Shown: piece by piece, positions 53,415-64,000 of the stretch | How positions within the stretch are numbered: position 1 is the first letter of the stretch | Layout: each line of letters opens with the position of its first letter | NCBI GenBank assembly: GCA_964016885.1 | Contig: OZ024746.1 | Span: 70,308,001 to 70,372,000 of the forward strand | DNA length: 64,000 nt | Source of the DNA: Eledone cirrhosa | Lineage: Eukaryota | Reading direction: 5' to 3' | The notes under the pieces: model-generated | What the model was told of the DNA's origin: nothing | Database searches by the model: none | What the model saw: the letters and a program-made list of their open reading frames with translations, nothing else | Translations under genes and position numbers: made by a program

Positions 53415-53615
53415 AATGTCTGTCTGTGAGTCTGTGGTTGCCAGACGATAATCAGAAAAACCTAAAAATCTCTCTCTGAAAATTTCACTGCTATTGTCAA
53501 CAACCAAAAGGACATTTTGCTTCATGAGAGACAGGTAGTCATTGAAAGTTATGAGTCTATTCTGCATGTTATTTTTCACCGTTTTTATGAGATTGTTGGT
53601 TCCAGCAATGGCTAC
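53415..53615 (-). CDS. Gene B exon 3: VAIAGTNNL...SQTDI
   Basis: TAG acceptor, GTAAGT donor, 201 nt, paralogous to 17093-17293. Confidence 0.9.
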
Positions 53616-53704
53616 CTAAAGAGAAAAGTAAAGAAATGGGAGCAAAAAATTAGTACTATAAGTTACCAAGAGTCAGTAAAGAGTAAAATTTAAAAAACAA
53701 ATAA

Positions 53705-53881
<177 letters not shown>

Positions 53882-54337
53882 GTTAGAATTTTCGAACTTA
53901 CTAAACACCAAGGAAATAAATTTATACGATGTAGGGAGCTCAAGTACAGAAAATAACTTTAATTGCAGTCAGTTGCTATAAGATAGCATATAAAAATCGG
54001 ATAAAGACCCCTAGAGACGGAAAAATATTATTTTCACTTTGGTTTTATTATTAGTTATTAGTTCGTTATTTACATAACATTCTTTCGACACTCATTCTGT
54101 GACTTCATCAATGACTTGGCCCTCTTCTATCAAGGCTGACATGGCTAAAGTAAATTACCTTCTCTTTCTTCTACCTCTCACCGTTACTACTTCCCTTCTC
54201 ATAAAAATATTTTCTCTCTCACTTAAATTCTCTCTCGTACTGCGTAACGTACGTTCATTAGCGCATTAATCTTGTAGATACTATCAACAATATTATCAAA
54301 ATAAAGACAATTTAGAAGTGAGGTATAAGACACTTAC

Positions 54338-54516
54338 CAGTAAATTTTGGTCCATTTGTTTCAAGGATTCAGTATCAAGATCTCCATAGCTAGCTGCCAA
54401 GTCACAGTGGTAAGGTAACATTTTCATTCCCTCTATATCTTCTGTCTTTGACATTGCTATCATTTTACGAGCCAAAGACATTATGGAACCAGTTGTGCTC
54501 AAACCTGTATACGAGG
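54338..54516 (-). CDS. Gene B exon 2: SYTGLSTTG...PYHCDLAASYGDL...MDQNLL
   Basis: CAG acceptor, GTAAGT donor, 179 nt, phase 1/0, paralogous to 19978-20165. Confidence 0.88.
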
Positions 54517-55229
54517 CTGTAAAAAGAGAAAACTCATATAATTTCATTAAACGATGTCTATTAACTAAACTATGTTGTTGATGTGAAAATGGCATTTTAA
54601 TGGATCTCCGTCGATCTCAACGATTAGTGTTCCAGTTGATCGGTCAACGGAATAATCTCCCCGTTAAATTAACATGTAAGTGACTGAATATTTCACAGAC
54701 ACAATCTCACTCAAAGAGCTTAGGTTCGTCGGAGGTTATGGAAAATGACACTTGTCTAAAATGCCACGCAGTGAGACCGAACCCAAACCTCATAATTACG
54801 AAATATATAAGGAATATAACCAAGACAAAGGTCTTGTTTTTTAAGGGTTACTTTATGTAGTTAATTACATCGAACAGTATATTACTGGTACTTATTTTAG
54901 CAATTCCACAGAAACAAGAGGAACGGCTGACTTTGACAGGAATTTTTCTATGGTTTGATATAGAGTTTTAGACTTTACCCATGGTCTCTTCTTCCCACTA
55001 GAAACCAATTGTATCTACCTGGTTAATGATCCTCTTAAGCAAGTGGAAGTTGATACTTGCAAGGAAAAGGAAAGAATTCGGAAGGATAGAGTTCTTGGGT
55101 GGAAGGACTGGGAAAATGTTCAGAGAGAAGTGGTGTAGGTAATTTATGGACACACAATATATGGCTGGCTTCACAATGAAAATGAAAAGATTAATATTGA
55201 GAGAGGGATACAACAAGAAGGTATAATAT

Positions 55230-55960
55230 GGTCTAGATTCTTTAATGCTTCACAGGAAGTCATCTCTAAAAAAATCTTAAATCTTAACTGTGATGAAAAA
55301 TGAATAAACATAAATAGTGAATTTTAAAATAATTTACACTTTACTAATGATACAGTTCTTTTCTCAAATGATGTTCAGGGATTTGGACAAATATTAAATA
55401 AGCTGAACAGTAAAGGCAACAAGACGAAACTAAAAATGAAGAAAACACAAGTCATATTCAACAGTCATGCAACAAATGAAGACGTCAAAGTAAAAGTTGA
55501 TAATACAATAGTTTCTACTTTTGGCACACAGCCAGCAATTATTCCAATGCATTACTGGTACTTTATTTTATCGACCCCTTAAGGATGAAAGGCGAAGTTG
55601 ATCTCGGCGGGATTTGAACTCAGAATATAAAGGACCATAACTCTGGACTGCAAAATATGGCGTCCGACCCTCCACCGATACTGCCAATCCAATGACTGAT
55701 AGATAGATATTTTATCTTGTACAGCTGTTAAAGGTAGACTACAGCTATTCAGAGGAAGTAAAATGATATATCCAAACGGGATGGTTCGCTTTTGGTAAAT
55801 TAAATGGCATCAGGAAATTTAAGATGCTACTTATACCTAAAGTGTGGATTCTTTGACCAACAAACCGTTCCAGTAATAATTTATGGATCAGAGACATGGG
55901 CGATTACTAAAAGGATGGATCAGGGAGACATGGTCGATTACTAAAAACATGGATGACATG
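55230..55960 (+). mobile_element. Old RTE-like RT fragment with a SINE family 1 insertion (about 55505-55690, minus)
   Basis: NNLHFTNDTVLFS (degenerate LRFADD), KMKKTQVIFN, later YFYL and GWFAFGKL; SINE consensus match. Confidence 0.55.
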
Positions 55961-56029
55961 GCCAAAATACTAAAAACATGGATCAGAGGGAGACATAGTG
56001 GTTTTCTTTCTATTCAGTTTTTTTTGCTC

Positions 56030-57655
56030 GTTTACATTCCAATTATGAATTCCAGCAATGTATCTAATAATAGACACAGCTCGGGAATTTACTGCAACTA
56101 TGGCATTTCTACTATTCAGCTGTGATTTTAGAATGTCCTTACTCTCCTTATGTATTCAGATCTTATCATCTCCTTCATTTTATTGTCCTTGATCTGCCGC
56201 CAGAAGATCCAAATACCTATATCCCTTTTCGGTATTGATCTCTTTTATCATCTCACGCATTGGTTCCTTGATTCCTTTGCTTCTCTTCAATTTACCTCTC
56301 CTCATCACTAGGACTCCACACTTAACACCAAATTCCATACATATATCATTGCTGAAAATACGTAGATCCAACTCTTCGCTCTTTCTGAAGAGTTTTAAGT
56401 CGTCCATGAAGAGGAAGTGGTTGATGGTAAGCTCTCCTTTTCCAAGTTCGTATCCTGCCTTCACTCTTCGCAAATTTAGGGGCAAGGATATGAGGGTAAG
56501 GACAAACAATAAAGGAGACAGACTATCTAAATACGAAGGGAGAGGCCTTATTAGACTTCTGTTCTAGCAATGGACTCTCTATTATGAACACCTTCTTCCA
56601 GCACAGAGTCCATGATCTCTGGAAAGGCACCTAAGCAATAGCAATTGGGAGTGATAATCCCAATTTTAAAAAAACGGAGACCAGAGAGGTTGTTCCAATT
56701 ACAGAGGGATCTCATTGTTAAGCCTCCCTGATAAAGTCTATGCTAAGTGTCTGGCAAAGAGATGTAGGGAGATGTCGTGTCCAAGCTAGCTGAGGAACAG
56801 TGTGGTTTTCGCCTCTGACGCAGCACAGCCGACCAAATATTCACACTGCGGCAGGACTTCGAGAAATCGTGGGAGTATTGCCAAGAGGTATATTCTTGTT
56901 TTGTAGACCTCGAAAAGGCATATGATAGCGTTCCTCGGAACCTGTTGTGGAAGGTTCTGCAGGAGTATTGGATCGATGGTCAGCTTCTTGTAGCCCTGGT
57001 ATCTCTATACGAATGCCTGAGCATTTATGTTCGGATAAATGGTGCTAAACCCAAACCATTCAATGTGGGAGTCACTTCTCCGATTCATTATTTTCGTGAA
57101 CAGGATTGACATGTAGAGCCGGGTTGAATGTGGTGTCATGACTGGCAGGTGTAAAATCAATCGGCTGGAATTTGCAGACGGTCTTCGACTTGCACTTGAT
57201 AGGTTTGATGTCGAGTGCTGCATAGCTGGAATGAAAATCATTGCTACGAAAACATTCATCCTCTCAAAGAAGCCTGCGCAGTGCACACTACATGTAAAAG
57301 TATCTCAGGGCTCTGTTCACGAGTGATGGAAGGCAGGAGGCTGAATAAAGTGCAAGAATTGCAGGGGCTGGTGTAGAAGAAGAAGAAGAAGAAGAAGAAG
57401 AAGAAGAAGAAGAAGAAGAAGAAGAAGAAGAAGAAGAAGAAGAAGAAGAAGAAGAAGAAGAAGAAGAAGAAGATACCTCTCTCTTGATTTTCATTCCTCC
57501 CAAGGATTCCTCCCCTGATGTTAATTCTGTCTCCCAGGTCTTCATCCTGTTACTTAATAGCAGTCTGATGTTGTCCGCCACCTTGAAGATTACCAGACAC
57601 TTGGTTATCCAAGAATGAAGAACCATGTCGAATGCCATGTCGAATAATATCATTA
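56030..57655 (-). mobile_element. R4/Dong-like RT fragment split by an RTE insertion
   Basis: AFDMVLHSWI...KIKR(GIF) at 57475-57655 continues as DSLSPLLFVL...INHFLFMDDLKLF...MEFGVKC...YRYL at 56030-56527. Confidence 0.8.
56530..57472 (+). mobile_element. Deleted RTE copy (same family as 6290-9585) ending in (GAA)n
   Basis: NYRGISLLSLPDKVYA, EEQCGFR, SCFVDLEKAYDSVPR, LEFADG; (GAA)n at about 57377-57472. Confidence 0.82.
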
Positions 57656-58835
57656 AAAAACGCGTATGAGGTATGTAGCAAACAAAACTCGGAAGAGACA
57701 AGCACATGGACAATTCCTGCTTGTTGACTGTCATCTGGGAATCATTATATAGTTTCGGGAGGGGAGGGGATGTTGTAAATTACTTGGAGCATTGTGTTAG
57801 TGTATAAAACAATATCTTATTTGAGGCTACGGCAATACAAAATGGATGACAGATTTCGGAATAAATTGAAGACAACAAAAATATTGGTGTGTGTCACCTG
57901 TTATTTTATTTACCTGTTCTAATATTTCGGGTCTAAAGATACTTCGTCAGAAGACTAATAATAATTTGTAATATTGTTGTCGTTACCGGAATAGATAGAT
58001 TGCCAATGTATATTGGGAGGCGATCTCCCTTACCATCCTCCGGGGAAATGCCTTCTCCATTATGTCCGGCGGCCAGCACGTGAGACCCCATTTGCTCAAT
58101 GTATAGTGAGATGGGGAGAGCGAGAAAGATGTGGGTGATGACCTGTGGGAGTTCGGGTCCTTCGTGTTCGGACATATATATTATATTATAAATATTATAT
58201 ATATATATATATAACTTTGAGAGAGGATGAAAGTTAAACATACACACACACTATGATATCAATTTGTTTTAGACAGTCATGAACAAACAGTCTGCCATGG
58301 GTAGTATTATACGTAAGTAGAGTATAAGCATCTTTATTTTTTTTTTATATATATAAAAATGACTAGAACTATCATTCGTAATGTGTATCTTTATGTATAT
58401 ATGTATATATGTGTATCTTTATGTATATATATGTGTGTGTGTGTTTAGGAAAAGAACGGACGAAACTAGAAATATGTTTTGAATTTGTTAGACTTATTTT
58501 TGTTTTCCCCTGTTAAAAATGCCGAGGAATAGAATTGAAATGTTTTTAATTATAATAACAAATATCAAAATAAACCTTTACAGGAAATATTTTTGACATG
58601 ATTTTATAAAACAATGCTATAAGATTCATCGTCGCAAGAGGGTTGGAATTACAGGAAGATAAGATCTGTAAGTCATGCCTTTCCATTTCACCTACTACCT
58701 GAATGCCTGAGGTGTGCTCGGGAAGAACTGACCACCAACTTTAATACTAATTTTTGGATAGTGTTTCTCAGTTATTTATTAATTGTTAAAAAGGAAGTAA
58801 ATATATATAACTTTTGTTTTACATTTTGTACTTAC

Positions 58836-58887
58836 CATTTGCATATGCAAAGGACCACAACACCAACAGCAAAAATACGAACTTCAT
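58836..58887 (-). CDS. Gene B exon 1, signal peptide MKFVFLLLVLWSFAYAN
   Basis: ATG at 58887, GTAAGT donor, 52 nt, phase 1, same size as exon 1 of A and C. Confidence 0.8.
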
Positions 58888-60499
58888 GTTTGCCTTCAGT
58901 ATCACGTATGTTCTCAATAATGAAACTCAAGATTATTTTATCCGTTTATTTTATTTCGACAGCTGGTTATTTCTCAAGAATATTGTATCAACGAACAAAG
59001 ATGCTAGATATATTAAAGTTCTACATAAACAATATATCTGTAGGTTGCTTAGATCCGGGCGGACGTATGGCTGCTTACCAACAACAACAATAATATATTA
59101 GTCTGGTTTACAATTAAATTTACTTACATTAAAATGTAAATGTATAGAAGCAGGAAAAACTGGCATCTGTTTGTTATCTCATAGTTTTTATTAATACATT
59201 ATACGCAACATTTTTAACGTAACTTGAATAAAATATTGCTCTTCTCCGAGGCCAACTAATTACCTTATCCATTAAAACTGTTTAGGCTTTGTAACTTTAT
59301 CGGTAACTGTTATTTTTTTGTAATGTATGTATGTTTTGTTCGGAAAAATTTGTATATATTGATAAATCAAGGAAAAGAAAGACTATATTGAAGTTTATAG
59401 CAGCTATTGTGAGAAGATAGAATGTATATTTTGGAGTTGTACTCGTCTGACAAGTGACTTGTGCTGCAGTGGAACTATGTAAGTGCGGACAAAAACGTTG
59501 ATACCAAGAAATAAATGATAAATATAAAGTGATGGTAACAGTTTTGTGTGAGTGTATATTTTATTGTTTTTTGAACGGTTGAAATAACTTGTCCATGTTG
59601 TAATTGGAAAATGAATTATTCAAATTTAAGCAAAGTGTTGAGTTGGAATTAAAGAATGTCTGCAAATGGATGAGTCCACAGTTTTTATCCTTTTTTCATA
59701 TCCTGCTTATATTAGTACCAATGCTTTAGTTTAACGTAAAAGTGTATAAACATAACCAAGCCACATTAACACCAATATCATGCACAGAAGAGCGGTAACT
59801 AACAGAAAGGTAAAAGTATTACAACAGACCAGTATTTTCCAAACTGTGTTTCGAGAAACCTCAGAGTTCTCCAGAAGAATTCTGGGATTCAACCACATAG
59901 AGTATCGTTTAATAAAATTTAATTTAAAATGATCATGTTTATTTTATACAAATGAACTCTCTAAAACGATTTTTGTTTCATTCCATGTCTCATTAGATTA
60001 GAGTAGTAGGAGTTTTCCCATAAAATATAGGTATTGCTACCACGATTTTTGGAAAATCGTATAAAGTTTCCGTGAGAAAATAAGTGTTGGAACCGTTGGA
60101 CTAATTTATCGGTTAAACAAACCTACATACGCGCAATCTATTTTTATTAGTCATATCATCAGGTGGATTTTTTTTTATTAAATGGTTGGACGCGATCTGG
60201 GCTAAATTTCGTTCAGCCATAGATTCACTTGATGAAATGACTATCAAACAAAGCTTGCACTTATGTAGGCTTGTTAGCTCATGAAACCTTGAGTTGCAAT
60301 TGTTTTTCGTGTGTATGAATCATAATATATATATTATATAAGTGAAGAAAGGCATTGCACTCGGACACTCCTACTATCTGAACAACGGTGACAGGTATCC
60401 AAATATATATATATATATAACGAAGGAAATGTGGTAAGGAACCAGATGGACCATAACGCACCAAAGTACACAATGGAGTGGGTAATAGGAACGAGTAGG

Positions 60500-60595
60500 A
60501 CCCCGACGGCTGAGCTCAAGACGTTTCGACGGCTAATTCTGAACTAAATGAAAATGTTTATCCTGGTAAATGAATAGCCGAGCTTCTCAGGGGGT
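60500..60595 (-). ncRNA. Type I hammerhead-like motif with a long stem II and a core variant
   Basis: Reverse complement: ACCCC-CTGAGAA-GCTCGGCTATTC...GAATTAGCCGTC-GAAA-CG[loop]CG-TC-GGGGT; GUC triplet, but A in place of G8. Confidence 0.5.
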
Positions 60596-60952
60596 AATTC
60601 CATATATGGTAAAAGTGATTGTCACAAGGATTGGTCAAAAGTTTGTTGTTGAGACACATAATTCTATCATGGCATTTTTGTGGAAGGAAGGGGTAGCTGA
60701 ACTTGCCAGTAGAAGAAAGAGGGAGAGAGAATGGAGGAAACCTAGTCGTGCGTTGAAAGTGACAACTACAGCAGAATCCTAAGGATAAGAGGTCAAGAGA
60801 AGTATACTAGAGAGGGGGAGGGGGGAGTCGAAACAATAAGTAAATCTATATGGAGTAAATATATAGAAAAATATATATATTATTAAGTGTAATGAATTCT
60901 TTTACAATGGAATTAGCTCGAAGAAAGAAATATTTCTGAGCCGTGTATAAAC

Positions 60953-61543
60953 TAATATATATGATGAAACACAAATACCAACACATCTGTATTTATATTG
61001 CAAAAGAAAATTTAGCCAGAATGAAGTATACTAATTATAATACTACAGTTTGTCCATATCGATTTAAAATAATAAATCAACAAAGACGAACTGCATTGCC
61101 AAATGGCTATGATGTTTAGACACATTTAAATTTCAAAATCAAACCTGTTCCGTAGATAAGTTTAAATTTTAAAATCCAAATATGTTTCGAGATGAATAAG
61201 TGTAGGAAACCATGTGCGTTACACAGTCTTTTAAATTATTTAGAAGTGAAGCATATCAATTTGTCCCTGGATGTTTACTGAGGAGAGCAGGACATGATAT
61301 TCATCTCGAAACATATTTGGATTTTAAAGTTTAAACTTATCTACGGAACAGGTTTGATTTTGAAATTTAAATGTGTCTAAACATCATAGCCATTTGGCAA
61401 TGCAGTTCGTCTTTGTTGATTTATTATTTTAAATCGATATGGACAAACTGTAGTATTATAATTAGTATACTTCATTCTGGCTAAATTTTCTTTTGCAATA
61501 TAAATACAGATGTGTTGGTATTTGTGTTTCATCATATATATAA
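60953..61543. repeat. Inverted repeat, about 245-bp near-perfect arms
   Basis: 60953-61198 is the reverse complement of 61298-61543. Confidence 0.9.
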
Positions 61544-62644
61544 AGATTTACATATATATATAAAGTCATAGATATATATGTGTTTTGCAACCGGTCACGT
61601 TGTGGCTCAATGAGAAATTAATAAATTAAATTAAATAATCAGAGCTATATATCATAAAATATGTCTTTAGAATCACTAGATATAATATATACCATTTCCT
61701 CTCCCAATTAGTATAATTAACCATATAAAAAATCAATTAGACCAAGCTATAAGAATAAAGGCTCCTATGAGGCGAGTAAAAAAATATAGATTGAAGTGAG
61801 TAAATAATATGCAGAGAGAGGTTTAAGTAAGGAGTTTTGAAATGGGTATTAATGTTACGGTTATATTATCTATATACTGAACGATAGTACCGTAGAGTAG
61901 AACGGAGGGTAAATTACGGTATGAAAGGTAGTATTTAGTCGGGTACATAGTTAGAATTTCCATCACATGTAACAGAACCAAAAAAAAAAAAAAAACGATA
62001 TAACGTACACAAAAGAAAAAAAAACAATTAATGAATAAATGCAAAAACACATAGAGTATATATATGCAAAATGAGATAGATGATCAATATGATTGTCAAT
62101 TTGTCCATGTATAGATTGAATTGAGGGGGCTTCTGTTCAAATGCGATTTGGTGCAGGAAAATAGGGGTTTATCTTTGTTTTTGTTTCCGCGTATTTATCC
62201 TACCGAAAGGTATTATTATGTCCGTCCAGTATCAGAGGTTTCCATCCCCATGGTAGGGGGGATTTCCGGGTGTAGCTCGTGGCTGGTTCCTCTGTTCTCC
62301 ACCATATCGGTTACATCATAGAGCGCTCAACTAATTGGAGCTAAATTCTTAGGGTTAACATTGATGCAATTCAATTCAAGCACTCAACGTACTTATTCCA
62401 CATAGGGGTGACGGGGTAAATATAGAATAAGGAAAAGCGAAGTAGTTTCAGATGTTGAAGTCTTTTAATAATAATTATTTCTACTTTAGACTCAAGGCCA
62501 GCAATTATCCCAGTGCATTACTGGTACTTTATTTTATCGACCCCGTAAGGATGAAAGGCAAAGTTAACCTCGGCGGGATTTGAACTCAGATCATAAAGGG
62601 ACGTAATTATGCTGGAAAACATGGCGTCCGACCCTCTACCGAAT

Positions 62645-62718
62645 GCTGTGATATATGTTTCAATGGCGACAGTGGTCACACTGTTCCGTGCACCAGTGTC
62701 GCGACATCGTCAGACAGC
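62645..62718 (-). ncRNA. Minimal type I hammerhead ribozyme (mirror copy)
   Basis: Reverse complement: GCTGT-CTGACGA-TGTCGCGAC...GTCGCCATT-GAAA-CATATA-TC-ACAGC. Confidence 0.6.
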
Positions 62719-63167
62719 TTTTTACATAATAAGGTTATGTTTCCGAGGCAATCCAAATTGAATCGACCATGATACATAGAATTAAGTATATTTTCTCTTA
62801 GAGGTTGATGGTCAACTATACTGTCCATGCTTAATGAGAGGTAGTATTCAGACCTGTGAATACTCACACTCTCCCATCCCCACTGGCTTTCGACTGACAG
62901 CCACTGACGGGATAGGTAGCAGGAAGCTATATTACAGGCCCTGAATGGGTCATTGTTTGGCTGAGAGGGGGAACTGACTAAGCGAATTTCGTTGAAATCT
63001 GCGGTAGCTAATGGTCAACTTCCTACGGACCTGCGCCTGCGCAGACCGGTGGGGGTGAATTGGTACTCACAGGGGAATGGACGAAGAACCCAAGAGCACA
63101 CACTTCGTCCGTTCCCATGTCGATTCAATTTGGATTGCCTCGGAAACATAACCTTATTATGTAAAAA

Positions 63168-63241
63168 GCTGTCTGACGATGTCGCGACACTGGCGCCCGG
63201 AACAGTGTGACCACTGTCGCCATTGAAATATATATCACAGC
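63168..63241 (+). ncRNA. Minimal type I hammerhead ribozyme
   Basis: GCTGT-CTGACGA-TGTCGCGAC...GTCGCCATT-GAAA-TATATA-TC-ACAGC; 5-bp stem I, palindromic stem III, AUC triplet. Confidence 0.68.
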
Positions 63242-63656
63242 ATTATTATTAAAAGACTTGGCGGTGAATTGGCAGTATCGGTAGAGGGTTGGACGCCATG
63301 CTTTGCAGCAAAGAGTTACGGCCCTTTATGGTCTGAGTTCAAATCCCGCCGAGGTTAACTTTGCCTTTCATCCTTACGGGGTCGATAAAATAAAGTACCA
63401 GTGGTACACTGGAATAATTGCTGGCCTTGTGCCAAAAGTAGAAACAATTATTATAAAAAGACTTGAACATCTGAAACTACTTCGCTTTTCCTTATTCTAT
63501 ATATATATATATATATATGTAGATAAATCTACCAAGAGTTTACGGTAGTGTCCAATCCGTATGAAGAACTCAATGTATTCCGGATATCATGGAAAGAAGA
63601 GATGTAATGAAAAATCACTTTCGGTGAAAGATAAACGGAATACAGAGTCAAGATAA

Positions 63657-63687
<31 letters not shown>

Positions 63688-64000
63688 GGCATTTACTCAT
63701 ACATTTAATCTTGTATGTCATTTGTTCATACATACTGAAGATTTACATAATCACATCCTAGAAATAAATTATTTAAATATCATTTTTATCTTTAATTACT
63801 TCCGCTTGTCAGTAATCAACATAAACTAGAGTTTTTCTTATGCAGACCATAAATTTATCAAAATGCAAACATCCCAATTATTCATGTATCCGGTTATCTT
63901 GGCATATGTGGCATACCAAACCATCCAAGTAAATACTGGGGCTTGTTCGGCCGGTTCTTCTTCGCACCGTTCACTGACCTCGGGCGTCTTTGGACCCCAT

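Larger units (their letters stand above)
62419..63501. repeat. Inverted repeat whose arms each carry a hammerhead and a SINE
   Basis: 62642-62766 pairs with 63119-63244; 62419-62470 pairs with 63455-63501; SINEs at 62472-62640 (minus) and 63260-63452 (plus). Confidence 0.88.

Noticed and set aside
57915-57955. CTGACGA...GAAA on the minus strand
   Set aside because: Stems I and II pair poorly; at best a decayed copy.

Overview
AT-rich, repeat-dense eukaryotic DNA with (TA)n/(CA)n microsatellites and one assembly gap (2386-2585). The dominant tRNA-headed SINE looks, from memory, like the octopod SINE, so the source is probably an octopus-type cephalopod (inference). The host-gene content is a head-to-tail minus-strand cluster of three paralogous intron-containing genes, reconstructed by hand from splice sites. 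Gene A spans 11195-26497 (6 exons including an 18-nt micro-exon, 289 aa). Gene B spans 50259-58887 (5 exons, 280 aa). Only exon 1 of gene C (830-881) is in the window. All three begin with a 52-nt signal-peptide exon and share an ACCANCTG E-box 65-77 bp upstream of the ATG. A and B share 201/222/189-nt exons. The secreted protein has no symbol I recognise, and its C-terminal half recalls an uncharacterised family I associate with fungi. The rest is mobile DNA: Tx1/L1, RTE, R4/Dong-like and CRE-like LINEs, a Penelope-like element, a deleted LTR element (tRNA-Trp PBS, PPT, 5-bp TSD), Helitrons, hAT and pogo-type MITEs, about 18 SINE copies and a 1.5-kb variant-unit minisatellite. At least eight hammerhead-ribozyme-like motifs are present, three of them in or beside long fold-back inverted repeats.
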